A program made the position numbers and the translations under genes. Below the pieces are notes generated by a model. It made no database searches. It saw only the letters and a list, made by a program, of their open reading frames with translations, and was not told where the DNA came from. From contig JBNZDD010013663.1 in the NCBI GenBank assembly GCA_050575255.1, positions 1,025,650-1,089,649 of the forward strand: a stretch of 64,000 nucleotides of DNA, given 5' to 3'. The stretch is from Harriotta raleighana (Eukaryota). Of this stretch, positions 1 through 13,254 are shown one piece after another. The first letter of the stretch is position 1; each line of letters starts with the position of its first letter.

Positions 1-3000
1 CCTTATTTTAGTGAAGTGTAGATCTTTGGAAAGGGTTGAGTTTTACTCTCATAGGAAATAAGTATTTGCCTGAGGCGACTTCACAATGGCATTGCATTGG
101 CCTCACTCCTGGAACAGAATGAGTGAAATATCTGGTAACCTTTTCAACTGCAGGAATGTCGTTACAGTAATTAAGAATGAATAATACAGGATATGGGAAA
201 AGGTTAGGTCTTCACAGAGGGAACAACAACTGTGCAGTATCTAGAACCTATAGGCAATTCAATGACAAGTAGGAATATGAGCACAAAAGTGTCAGCCTGA
301 AACATACATCTAACTTTTCATGCAATAGTAGACGATGAGAAGCTATTCCATGATGTAAAGCAATTTGGTCTAGGAATACAAGCTGTGGGGGTTCGAATTG
401 ACTGTCAAATCTAGGGACGGTGGGTTAAGCTTTCTCCGACCATTTGCCTGAGCAAGATGCTACAAACTAAGTCTGCAAGGCTTTGACTATTTATGAATGC
501 TGTAACTTGACTATGTGGTGGGTTGTCAGCCTTTGAGGCAAGAATATAATTAAAATCTCCATGCACCCTTGTATTGTGGTAATTGCAAGGCACAAGTGAC
601 TGAAATAGGTCCATGGTGACCCTAATTATCTGCTGCTCAACCACCGGAGGGAGATTATAATGCAACAGAACAGTTCTTTGTTTATCTCCTCCCCTAATCC
701 AGAGTCGGAGAAGTAAGAGGCATAAAGAACCCGTTCCACCAATTAGGATGCAGCTTTTTGAATTCTATCTCCTCTAAAGACATCCTATATCTGAGTGTCT
801 TTATGGAGTTGATTGCTACACTATTTTCCCAAATTGGTTAATGCATGGAATCGTATCCTTGCTACCATCAAACGATTGACTAAAATATTGCAGCACATCC
901 ATTAATATTAAAAATATTAAGTATTTAATCAATTATTCTTGCAATCATCCATATAATTATTCTCCATATATTCATCATTTGTTTTTAAAGATTAGCTACA
1001 AAGTATTATCTATGTTTTTTTCTACATAGAAAGTTACAACACTGAAACAATCCATTCAGTCCAAATAATCCATGTTAGGTTTAATATTTGACTATTCCAT
1101 TGCACTGTATTACTGCTGGTATGTGTATATTTATATATGTAAGGGATAATTCAGCTTCTCTGTAAAATGGAGATTCACCAATATATTGTAGATAACTCGT
1201 CATAAAATAACAGCCAATCACACAAAAGCCAGTTGTCGACAACTAAAATGAATATTAGATAGAAAACAAGATAGCAAAAAACAGCAAAGATTATCTTGTT
1301 TTTTTTCAACATCACTGCCGTAAATGGGATCACGTATGTTCACATCTATCCATTATTCTACATTTATATAATCAAACATTTAGTGCTATGAGGATCCCTT
1401 TGCTAGGATTCAGATCATGCTGCAAACAAGTAGCAGATTAATGAGATCAGGAGAAATTATGAGCTACAACAATGAAATTTATCAAAATCAACAATGCACC
1501 AAGATGTGCCACTACTTTGTAACTGACTCCCAAACATTTTTAAAAACATAATATGCCTATGAATTACTAATGATCATTTTAGCAAAATGATATGTTGTGG
1601 TGGGGTAATTGTTTCCAACATGAGACAAAAATTAACAAATTGAATGTTTCTGCATACAGAATTCATCAATCTCTTTCATGTCCAAAGCAGAATCTAAACC
1701 ATAAAAATTTGATCCTTAAGCATTACTGGTATTAATTTGGTCCTATTTAGGATGAGGTTGCTTATCAATCCCAAATCAATATTTTGTGATGCAAAATCCA
1801 TCTTATTGTATCATGACTCTTAAATAATGATTCAAAACTTAATTTTACACTAAATTTCTATTTTTGGTGGGTTTTTTTCATCAGGGTGAGGGATGTCATT
1901 AGTAGGAATCGGAACATAATTGACTTGAAGTAATAATGGTAGCATTCTACTCTCAGGTCAGATGTAACATAACCAGATATAAAAAAGTTTCATTTTTATA
2001 GTGTCTTACGTCCCAAAACATCTCAAAGTGCTTTACAAGTAACTTTTTAAAGGCAAATGTGGCATGTATTAGCAAGGTCCAACACTTGAGGTGAATGTGT
2101 TTAATCTGGAGAATTATTAGCTAGAACAGAATTTAGGAGAAAAGGTTCTCTATCCACTCCCAAAACTATAATCAACTTGCTAGATACTATTACACTGGTC
2201 ATTCCTACATGTCTTGGCGTGATTCAAATACCTGAATTCATAGGATGTTATAGGATATAGTTTGCCGAGCCCACTGCTTCATCCAGATACTGAGGAAATA
2301 AAATTATTACCGAGGGGGTTGCTCTTTCTCTGTAACAGGGTGAAATCAAATCTGATATCATTGTAGTTCAATTCATGTGGTCGACCAGCATTCTAAATCA
2401 AATCATTTGATTCAATCATGGGAGTTTGTCATCAATCAACTTCAACCACAATCTTTTTCTAGCAAAAGAAAAGATGCATCATCTTTCTAAATCGGTATTA
2501 AAGTGCCCGACAATAACCTCTATACATATTATACAAAATATTGGGAGTCTGGAGTGGTTCAAGGACACAGCACATTTCGAAATTCAGACAACTCAGGTGT
2601 AGCTGCTTTTCAACACTCTTCAGTCCATCAGTATTTAACAGTTACATTTTAATTTATATAGCAGAGCTGCATGTATTCCATAAGAGTCGTAAAAAGTGAA
2701 ATAAATGTTTCTCTGCTATCAATTAAATAATAAATGTGAATCTCACTCCTCTGTATCTGCATTTCATCAAGCTGGCGAAGTTCATATTTGATCCAAGAAG
2801 AGTATTTCAATGAACTATTCACATTCACTCAAATTATTGAAATCTTGATCAAAGCACAAAAGTACTGCAGTAAATTATTTCACAGTACATTAATATTCAA
2901 ATGGGTCTCAGTCTGTCCTCGTAACAGAAGTTGCTCTGTGCAATGTTGTAATTAGTGTATGGATTCAGAAGGTAGTCCCATCAGAACTCAAGTGTGCCCA

Positions 3001-4529
3001 GAGATTTGATAGTCTCCAGCACAATTAAATATATCAACATATCTGTGTATAATTAAACTGTTTTTACTAAATTATTCATTGCTGTTTTTTAAAAAAAAGT
3101 CTGCTGCAAGGGGCTTGGGTAAAATAAGTTTTGATAGAGGAGTAATGGGCCTGGTCAAACAGCAAACAATGACCATCATTTGGTACAAATTGACAGTCTT
3201 ATCCTGAAAGGGCACTGCAGAGATGAAACACTCCCATTGGTATTGCAAGGGATGTGCTTATTTGAAGGTCCGCTTTACCAGATCTGGCAGTACTTGAATA
3301 AAAACATGATCTTTCAGCCTTTTCCCTCTTGGGAGACATTATTATTATAACAAAAGTACTCTCTCTAACATAGTGTTCAAATTAGCACATTAACGCAAAG
3401 CATTATTCTTATTACAAAAATATTCTCTGTGACATCGTGTTCCAGTTAGCAAGGAAAAAGTCACCGGAAAAAATAGGAGAATGTGTAGTCACTACTCTCC
3501 CGCCAGTAAACAAATCCCAGTCGTGCTCTGGAGAGCAGAGGTCAGGCATATTTCTAATGAGGGAAAACCGCATCCCAATGGCCTGGAGTTTGCAGAGCAA
3601 CTATTGGCAATCTCCAGGCCATTGATGACCTGCTACGAGTAAAGAGCCATTATTCACACTAATTGATAGCAATCCCATTGTGCATGTGCAAACAGTGCAG
3701 ATAGTTGGACAGCACACAAAACCCCAATAGGCTATAGCACTAACTAAAGAAGATATTCCGTTAGGAGTTAAAGTATCTCTGAACAACTCTGTGCGAACCC
3801 TTGTCTCTCTCCAAATTGTTCTGTCTCTGATCTCTTTCTTGGTTTCTTCCTTTTCTTTCTCACTCACTCTATATCTCTATGACTCTCCTGATTCTCTTCA
3901 TCAATGTCTATCTTTTTCTCTGCTTCTAACCTTACACTATAAGAAATTGCAAGACTTCACGCTACCGCATAAAACGTCCAGCTGTGTCATGTATAGGAGG
4001 TCACATTGACTTCTAGATCGATAGCCGATGCTGATCACAGTATATCAAGACTATTGGATGTCCTCCCGACGAGAAAGGCTCTATGTAAATTAAATTTTGT
4101 TGTTGTTGCCATATGGCTAAAAGATAGAGCTATCTAGACCACTCCAACTTCCCGAAAGATTTCTGTGACACATTTATCTTATCGGGATAAATTTAAATAC
4201 AACCTTGCATCAAATTTCAAAAGTTATGAAACTGGAATAAATAGATTTTAGTATAAATAAGTGTCCATTGAGAATTGTTCTGCTCTTGAAATTACATCTT
4301 GCAAATTATAGTTTTCATCACAAGAATCTCACCTCTTTTATGGAATGGAGTGTATACTTTGTAATCCCACATCACACTCTATTTCTCCCCCCCCCCCTCC
4401 ACTCCACCCCATCCCATGAGGAAAATACAAACATTTGATTGAGAATGGGTTCTATATACTCCAAGCAAATCAGGAACTATTCAACTGCTGGTGATAAGAA
4501 GATGAAATGTGCAGTGAAATGTGTGTCGT

Positions 4530-5857
4530 GGAAATGAAAACAAACCATTTATTTACAGATGAAGACACAAGCCAATTTTATTTCCAAAGATACAGACTTT
4601 GGTATGTTTAAGACAAATCAAACCCTTCAAAACAGCATTGGCTTGGTACATAGGAGCATTAGTTACAGAAGTTCCTGATATTTCTTTGGAACACAATGAC
4701 TGAGGCAAGAGGCCTGCTCACATCCAGCTAAATGACAGATAAAACCTTGGTGATGTTGATCATTCCAAGAATTTTTTTGGTGATAATCCCAGACATTCAA
4801 AGTGTAATTAATTGTGAAGAGAAAATATTCATGAAATTTTTCCGTTGGTTGGTTGTTTGAAATGTGTAGTAACTTTTTTTTACTGTTTATGTTGTTGACA
4901 TTGAAAATGGTTTCACTTGTCTCACGGGGACAGGAGTAAGCCCTCCCTCTTGAAGGAACAGCAGTCACTTCATTGCAGTATGAATGGGGCATACTACCAC
5001 TTCTTACAGACGGAGATACTGTACAGCTGTAACATAGATCATGTGTCCATGCATATGAACAGCAAGCAAAAGAGTTAAAAAGAAATATACAGAATAAATG
5101 AACATTACGATCGAGCAGTACAGCGCAGTCATGTCAGACTCGTATAGAATACATGCCATCATTATCACCACACTGATGCTCCCACGGCATTCTTTCTCCT
5201 GCTTTCCATCATTCCCACACCCAAATCATTAAACCTCTATCAAATCCAGGCATCATTATACATTAGGTTTCACTTAACCATGCCATGAAGTGTAAACTTA
5301 TATTATATCTCAATAAGAGAGTAAATAGTCCCCTGATCCATTGATCCCGTGCCTTCATTCTGACAAAAGTGCAAACTGTCTCTACTCCCCTTCAGTAAAG
5401 TTTGTAACTAACTGAAGCAACATTACTGAAATGCAGAAATAGAATTCTGTCAGAAATTGAAACACTAATTGGAACAAGCAAAATTCATGGAAAAACTCAA
5501 AAGCAGATTTGTGAAGAAGGGCGTCAGAGTAGATTTAAACCAGAACTATTACAGGGAGCTCCTGGTTGGCAAGTTTCATTAGTCAATCACTATTTACAAT
5601 GCATGGCAGAATCACTAATGCTGTAGATTCCAATGGGGGGTAAATTGTGAGATTCACAAGAGGATTTGTAAATAGCAAATCCGGGAAGTGCCATTGGTCA
5701 ACTCTCTGGACTCCACTCGATCTCACTGAATTCTGTGAAGCTGACATTGAGCAAAGTAACGCGGTCAGTTGTAACACATCTGGGATTCACTACTTCATGT
5801 TTTTGTATATCTCACAATTTAGACCCCAAGATGCAAGCCCTTATTTTCCAAGCTGAG
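4530..5857 (-). other. TRAPPC9: Probable TRAPPC9 3' UTR
   Basis: Apparently repeat-free sequence downstream of the stop codon, ending at two minus-strand AATAAA hexamers. The 3' end is inferred. Confidence 0.45.
4548..4582 (-). promoter_or_regulatory. Candidate polyadenylation signals (AATAAA x2)
   Basis: Plus-strand tttatt at 4548-4553 and 4577-4582, followed on the minus strand by U/GU-rich GGTTTGTTTTCATTT. Confidence 0.45.
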
Positions 5858-6037
5858 TTAAACCGTTGTGTGCTGAGCAGGATCCATGGCACGAACGTGA
5901 ACACTTGGCAAGCAAAACCAAGAGAGGGGCAGTTCCCTCTTTGAGTTGTCATCATGAAACCTTATATTTAAATAGTAATCACCAGCGTACAGGAAAAGAA
6001 GAGCTCCATGGCAAACAAAGTTTTCAGTGGATTTCAC
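5858..6037 (-). CDS. TRAPPC9: TRAPPC9 (NIBP, TRAPPII subunit), last coding exon, 59 aa plus TAA
   Basis: Translates [59 protein letters not shown], matching the vertebrate TRAPPC9 C-terminus as I recall it ([36 protein letters not shown]). Acceptor ttttatttcag precedes 6037, phase 0. Confidence 0.96.
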   Translation of the reverse strand: [59 protein letters not shown]

Positions 6038-8999
6038 CTGAAATAAAATCAAAATAAGAATTATTTAGAGATGCCAATCAAGCAAACCTAGAACAATTTA
6101 TCATCATACACGGAGACAGCTTACCACAGATTGAAGGCTATATTTCCCGAGATTTGAATCAGCAGCATAATGATTTACTACACGGCCACAAAATCAATGG
6201 TTCACACTGATCCCATTGATTTCTTAACTAGTGTTGGTATTGCACTGTATGGGAAGCTTTAAAGATGGATCAATGTAAAGGAGTTTTACATTCAGAAGTT
6301 GTGAACCGTGCAACAATCTGTCTCACAGAGAGTACAGTTGTGGTTGATATTGAAAAAAAATGGATTTACTTTAATTGCAGTTTATATAAAACATTTTTTA
6401 GAGGGCTACCCCATTTGCTTTCAGACTTATTTTGGAAGGAGGGAGGAATTATCACTGTGTTGATAACAGGTCAACATCATAAAGGTAGGATCATACATTT
6501 CAGACTTAGGAAAACGTTGAATTCAGATGTTACCAGATTTTATTTTTCTGCATAAGTGATACAAAACAGGCACATCAAACATAAATTGTTTTTCACAAGT
6601 TATTTTAATCATATGGGCATTAGTAAATGAGAAATGACACACAAAAACATTTTGTCGGCAAACTTTGATGTTGAATATTAAAATCTTATCAAGTAAGATA
6701 ATGCTTCTTCATTTAAAATTTAGCTGACACTGTGGACAGATGACATTTTGCTAAAACACAGCTTGTGATGTGGTTTGTTTGCTTGAGCTGAAACGTCAAC
6801 GGAGTGGATTACTGTGACTCACTGGGAGTTTATGTGATTCAATAACAGATTGTGAACAAATTGAAATAAATGAGATTCAAGCTCTTTCTAAGAGACATCG
6901 AATGGTGTGAGCACACTGTTCAGTGTTAGATTCGCAATATTGGCCTTGGGTACAAGGAATGGATGCAGAGAACCAAATAAAAATGTTAAGAATCAAGTAA
7001 AATTCAGCCTTGTTCTTTCCCATCAAATAGTTAACTAAGCAAACAAGCAGTTCATTTACTAACTTGCTATGAAAAATGACAATTGTAACTTGATCATAAA
7101 TCTGTGACAGTACATGATAAATAGTTAGGATCAACTTTCAGCAGATTAAATGCTACTTGTAGTTAAATATTTGCATGTATGAACCACATCTAATCTCTGC
7201 ACTGGAAGCATCAGGTAGAAAGTCTCTGTAAAATAATAAACCATGATTTAAGTCTAAGCTCTTCTTGATCCTGCTCCCAGCCCCTGCTTCCCATAACACA
7301 ACAATGTTTGAAGTGAATGACAGAATGGAAAAAGTATTCCTAACTGCAAAACAACAATAAAACAAACCGTTCAGTTAAACAGACCAAAACACCGTTTGAC
7401 ATTTAAATCTGGAAAGGTACAGAAACGTTTAACCAGAAAGTTTTCAATAGTGGGAGTGAGTGGAAGTAAACTGAATAAGGTAATTTCTGAGATTGGTACC
7501 TTATTTAATTAATCCATTACTACTTGTATTCTTGTTCATTTTTTTGCATCTTTCTTTTTAATTGTTTTATTCTTTCCTTTTATTATTTTGTCTCTGTTTA
7601 ACACAACAACATTTATATGTTGTTATACGTCTTTCATGTCTTATACGTCTTTCTCGTCAGGAGGATGTTCCCAAGGCATTAATTGTTTGTTCTAGCTGAC
7701 ATCATCTAGGGATTTTGTTGTCTGGCACAGAGATTGATACAATGGATTTAAGGGCATTATCACACTGGTAAAATGTCCTATAAACTACTGTATTAACAAT
7801 CTTGTTAGCAGGAGCCTCTAATGATGTGTTGGTTGTGTAATAATGGCTTCTGGATGTGTAACTTTTAATATATGTGTTCTGGACTTAGGGTTTATTTAGT
7901 AATGTTGTAAAACTGAGTGCCATCTATTAGACTAGATTTGGTAGGAATAAATTAGGTAACTGGAGTGAATAAACATCAGTTGACTGGCAACGAGCCATAT
8001 TGCAATAAACGTTTGCAGGTTGAGCTAGAGTGTATTGTTAACACAAATGTGCCTTCACACAGAAAATCTTTTTTAAAAAGTCAAATGTAAAATGCGTTAC
8101 CTCCCTCCCGAAAAACTCTCCCCTAGAATTAAATGATGTGGTAAACTGCTGATCTTGGTTGAAAGTGCATTGTCTTCATGAAAGAGTATCTTATTTTTGG
8201 GTTCATTTTGAGAGGGAGAAGAGTGAAGCCATGCATCACTTTAGTGAAAACAATGCCAGGCTTAATTGCCACAGGTCATGGATTCCCCTGTGACTGACAT
8301 CATTGTGCTCTTGTTTGTATACAAAAGAGAGAAAATGTTTGCCAAACACTTTGTCAATACGCCGGCATCCTCTTAATATCATGCTTATTGGCAGATAAGA
8401 AATGATCTATGGATGGCGGTAAAGAGGAACTTAGCCATACAACCACTTACAGAAGGGTACCCAAAAGGTGTTCTTCATTGTGGAAGACAATTTTGCTTTA
8501 AGAGCAAGTCTGGGCTCTAATCAGAACTTCATCTTGCCCACTTTCCCCTCCACATTTTCTGATTCTGCTTCCTTTCTCTGATCAATCTCACATAACACTC
8601 TTGTACTCATAAAATTCTAGCATAGAAAAGTAATATAAAAGCAATTTTGAGCTTGTTCTACTCTCACTGATACAATCTATTTTGCCATTGTGTTTCGTTC
8701 TATAATAATTCATGTCAGAATATAACTATTTGAAGCAGCCACTTTTGGTCAAATGGTGTGTGGCAGAAGGTTCATCTGTAGGATTCCTGCCATCAAATAA
8801 GAGATACAATCCTTGTTTATTTCTTCTGGATACCTTTGTGCAGCAAAGTTAATCTTTATCCTGACATTTCTACCGCGATGAATCTTATTTGGGTTTATTG
8901 ATCAGTTCTGAAACACTAATAAACTGTGTTCATCCCAGATGCTGAACATAGCAAGGCTTGCCTTTTATGGAACACTCAATTTTTAAAAGGTTTACTCAC

Positions 9000-9223
9000 T
9001 GAATCTATATAGAAGGTGTTGGATCCAATTGAAGTAATAACATCCCCGAGATCATTGTTGTGGACACCGTTTTGATAGTCCTGATATGGGAGGACAGTGA
9101 GGGCAAATGGTCCCACAGTGTTTTTGCTCTGGTTCGTGAGCTTTACTTCCAGAGATGTCGGATCCCCAGTTTGGCACTCCACCACCACATCACAGTCACA
9201 GGGCTTACCAGCTACCAGTACAT
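9000..9223 (-). CDS. TRAPPC9: TRAPPC9 penultimate coding exon (224 nt)
   Basis: Translates (D)[74 protein letters not shown], matching TRAPPC9 ([23 protein letters not shown]). Acceptor tgtttctctttctacag, donor GTGAGT at 8999-8994; splices in frame to the last exon across a 2962-bp intron. Confidence 0.96.
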
Positions 9224-10204
9224 CTGTAGAAAGAGAAACAGAAGGGAAAAGTTTATGAGTAGATTTAAGATTTTTGTTCCTCGAATTTCCTTTTTGCAAG
9301 CAAGTTATTTACATTCCACTATCTTATCCCAAGTGGCTGTTCTCGAAAATATTACACCATTTATTTTATCTCTGGGGATATCTTTAGCCAAGCCCTTTCC
9401 TATCTTCTGAGTTACTATATAATAATAATAATTTGATTAATTTGACATAGGGTTTATCACGTCTTCAAGATGTCTGAAAGTGCTTCACAGAATGTACTGT
9501 GAAGGTAATTGATGTGAACAATTCACTTTACAGTATTTTGAAGTGAGCAAATAATAACTATTCCTAATTTACCATGAGAGAAAAAGAACATTTCCTCCCA
9601 ACAGTTCCAAAACTAGCAAGAGAAAGGTCCGCATAACCAGTCTACACATGACAAATAACTTAACAATGCTGGAATCATTTGGAATGGCTGTTTATGCAAA
9701 ATAGATGTGAGTACTGCAACAAAGGTCAACGATTTGATAATATAAACGGAACCAGTAACATTCTCTGTCAGCAAACAACTGATATTCTTGCACGCGGGAT
9801 GTTTATTTAATAGCACCCAAGCGTAAGCAGCAGTGAAACTCAGAATGCGCAAAAACAGGGACAAAATGTCCCTTTACATCCTCCTGAATGACACAGCTAG
9901 TAACTCAAGAGGTTTACTGCACAGAAAAAAAATCAATATCATAGGATGAAAAATGTGGAATATGATACAATAATTCACACAATATTGGACATTGCGCTCC
10001 TGGAGATTTCCCAGTTAATAACTCCCAGAGGCGACGCCTCCCCGACTTTGTTAAAATGGTTTGGCTGATTAGATACTCACTGCAACTACTGAGCTAGCCA
10101 ATGGCGCTTCACATCCAACTGCCAACCAGATGCTACTCCCGTTCTGATTTTGGGAATACCAATTTAGCTTTAAAACTTGTTCCTCTTAACTCACCTCTCT
10201 ATCG

Positions 10205-10727
10205 CAGATATGCCTCCCACCACCTTTCCCTCCCTCTTTCCCCTTGCCACCATTTCTCCCTCCTTGTCCTCCCTGATTTCCCCCTTGTCCTCCTTTCTCC
10301 GCCCTTTTTCCTCCCTGATTTTACCCCACCCGCTTTTTCCTCCGTCTCCCCCCTTGTCCCTTTTTCCCCCTTTCTTCCCTGGCCCCATTTCCGTGTGTGT
10401 TTGTGGGACACTGCTGTGCGCAATTTGGCTGCCGCGTTTCACCCCAAATATACACCTGGTTTTCCTTCTCTCTTCCTCCTACCCCAACCCCTCCCCTTGC
10501 CCTCTTTCCCACTTTCATCCCTGGCCCCCTCGTTTCCATGACTGTTTGTGGGACACTGCTGTGCGCAATTTGGCTGCTGCGTTTCGCCCACAAATATACA
10601 GTCAGTTTTTCCTACTTTTTTTCCCCCAACCCCTCCCCCCACTTGACTGTACAGCGCCTTGGGACGTCTTCCTGACGTGAAAGGCGCTATATAAATATAA
10701 TATATAAATAAATAATAATAAAAAAAG
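10205..10727 (+). mobile_element. Young chimeric retroposon: C/T-rich tracts, two tandem SINE Deu-domain cores and an L2-type 3' tail
   Basis: tgtttgtgggacactgctgtgcgcaatttggctgc at about 10398 and 10542; tail cagcgccttgggacgtcttcctgacgtgaaaggcgctatataaat followed by an A-rich end. Confidence 0.75.
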
Positions 10728-10819
10728 GCTGCTCCAAGCTATTCTTTGATAAACCCTTTCCCTAATGATTTCACTGTAACATTAACACTGTGTGACAATA
10801 ATCCCCATCACACTTCATC

Positions 10820-11035
10820 ATAATAATACTCCTTTGCATTTGATAGAGCACTTTATCACATCTTTGAGATGTCTCAAAGCGCTTCACAAAATATACTGTG
10901 AAGTGAATTGACTGTACATTTTGTGGACACAACCAGATTCCAACTTACTGCAAGGTAAACAGAGGCGTGGAGTAAGGAAACTTGCCCAATGTTTCACCCT
11001 GACAGGAATTGAACCCACTCTAACCACTAAGATAC
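10820..11035 (-). mobile_element. tRNA-derived SINE, internally deleted copy
   Basis: Tail (aataat..ttgcatttgatagagc) and head (gtggagtaaggaaacttgccca..gaaccc) shared with the other copies. Confidence 0.8.
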
Positions 11036-12064
11036 GGTATTGAGAAAGAGAAACATTTTGTAAACCATCATAAGTACTGTATAAGGTAGTTGAAGTCTAG
11101 GTGTCAAAGTTGCCCAAATCTTTGGAACCCAAGAACAAATTCAAATACTGAACAAGTGTGATGGTCTCTCCTTTCCTAGGGAAGTGTAAGAGGCTGAAGT
11201 GAAATGGGTTTGCACACATTTTACACGATTCCCTTTGAACATAAAGTCACAGCAGAAAAGTGCCCACAATTTAGGACAGATTGTCAATCTCATTCAGAAA
11301 GACCAAAAGGACAATTCATTTGAGAAGTGCAAAACTGCTTTCTGTTTCATAAGGTGGTGGGGATTTGTAGTTTGTATTAAAACAGAGTTGAGGCCGAGTA
11401 AAGGATGCTTTACTCTCATCTACTCTCTGGTGTTCCTGACCTGGGAGTTCTTGATCTCGTCAATGGGTGCCAGAAGTAAAATCAAATTTAATTTCCCTTT
11501 TCGAACATACATAATATTATCTCTCATCTTGAAGAGCACACAGATTCACGCAAAAATGAAGTCCAGCTTAATAATAAGCACTGTTCAAGGCACATAATTG
11601 GTTTATTAGAAACTTAATTAATTATTGATTGGTGCGGAGACTTGAGCTCTGAGCTTACATGGTTTGAGATCCTCAAGATAACCTTACTCTAATTGTGGAA
11701 CATTTCATCCATTCCCAATCCCACATCTTTCAAATTCGCTGGACACAAAAATCAGTAGCACAGTATAAAAATAGAAACACTGAATCACTTTATTGCACTA
11801 GTAGGAGTTTACACCACAAGGCATATATATCATTCTGTTAAAAAAGACTGCTTCAAAATTCTACACAACTAATCAGAGTTACAAGCCTTTCCACCCACTG
11901 GCACAGTGAACCAGCAGTTTGTAGGAAATTTGTAAATAACAAATGGTATCTGAATGCTACTGCTAAATGCATCTTGCCACCAACACCTCAAGAAAAACAC
12001 AATGACGTTTTTATGAAATTAATGTAGATCAGAATCACCCAGGTTCTCTTCTACATATATTATA

Positions 12065-12190
12065 GTAATAATAATAATTATTATTGCACTTGTTGTAGTG
12101 CCTTATCATATCTTTGTGACCTGTCAAAGAGCGTCATGGAATAATACACTGTAAAGTGATTTGACTGTATATTTTTGTGGGCAAAATGCA
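12065..12190 (-). mobile_element. SINE 3' fragment
   Basis: ctgtaaagtgatttgactgtatatttttgtgggcaaaatgc with an (aat)n tail. Confidence 0.75.
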
Positions 12191-13254
12191 ATTTTATATA
12201 TATATATATATCTACTGTATATAGATACACACACAAATAGAGTTGTGAAAAGAAGGTCTTTATCATGAACCACAACATTGATGTGCACTGCTAACGTCCA
12301 TGTTAGAAGTGTTTCTTCAGTAAATAAATAAATATCATTACTGAGATCGCTGTGTACATTGCAACCAGGACAGGGGCTTGACCTTGTGGAATGGTCATGT
12401 GTTTTCAGACCAGACGGTATTATCATTGATTGATAGGAAACAAACCCGTAAATAGTAGGAAAGGTCATCAGCACAACAATATGAAACACCTAGAGCTGTC
12501 CTCAATAGCTATAAATTATAATCACTGTTGAAATAAGCAGCCATACTAAATGGGTAGTACCTGTACGCAGTTATATGTGCTGGTTATACATAGGGAATAA
12601 AGGACACCAAGGAGTGATCTCAAGGAAGTAATCTAATTGAGGTGTTAGGATGAAGTGATAAATCATCAGTGAAAACATAACCATCATATAAATTCTTGAA
12701 TTAAATTACTGCCCTGTAATCATTCTGGGATACTTGACACCTGTTAATTTGATGGGGTGCTTTTATTCAATTTGGGGTTTGTTTTTCTGTGGTGGTCACG
12801 GTTTGTACAAATGAAAGCTCTTAATATGCTCTTAATGTTGTTGTGTGATGACATTGACGGTGCTGACAATACTGCAAGCATAAGGAAGAACCTATGGTTG
12901 TTGTATTGTTTATTACCTTTATGATTCATACATATACACTTGCAATATCGCTTCTTTTTTGAATACCTTCGGAACGAAAAGAGGTGACTTCCCCACCAGA
13001 GCTAACTTTTTCCAGTTGCACAACAAGAAGAGTAAGACCCGCTTGATTTTCTCCTGTCAGCATCTTCACACTACAGGCACTGACAGCATTAGCATCCAAG
13101 GATGCAGAGGCGTTTTTAACATGGGTGCAATCGGTGCAACTCACCCATATTGGGTGTGCAATGCGCATTTATTAAACTTACCATCAGTGACGGCCCCCCC
13201 ACTCCCAAGAAAATGTCAGCGAGTCGTTTGAAGTGTTAAAAACGCTTCTGCAAG

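Noticed and set aside
10101-10680. Overlapping 70-170 aa ORFs
   Set aside because: They arise from a low-complexity C/T-rich repeat lacking stop codons; no protein family signal.
13056-13092. REST/RE1-like half sites
   Set aside because: Both halves are degenerate and the spacing is wrong; similar partial matches at about 13943 and 40470 lie in repeats.
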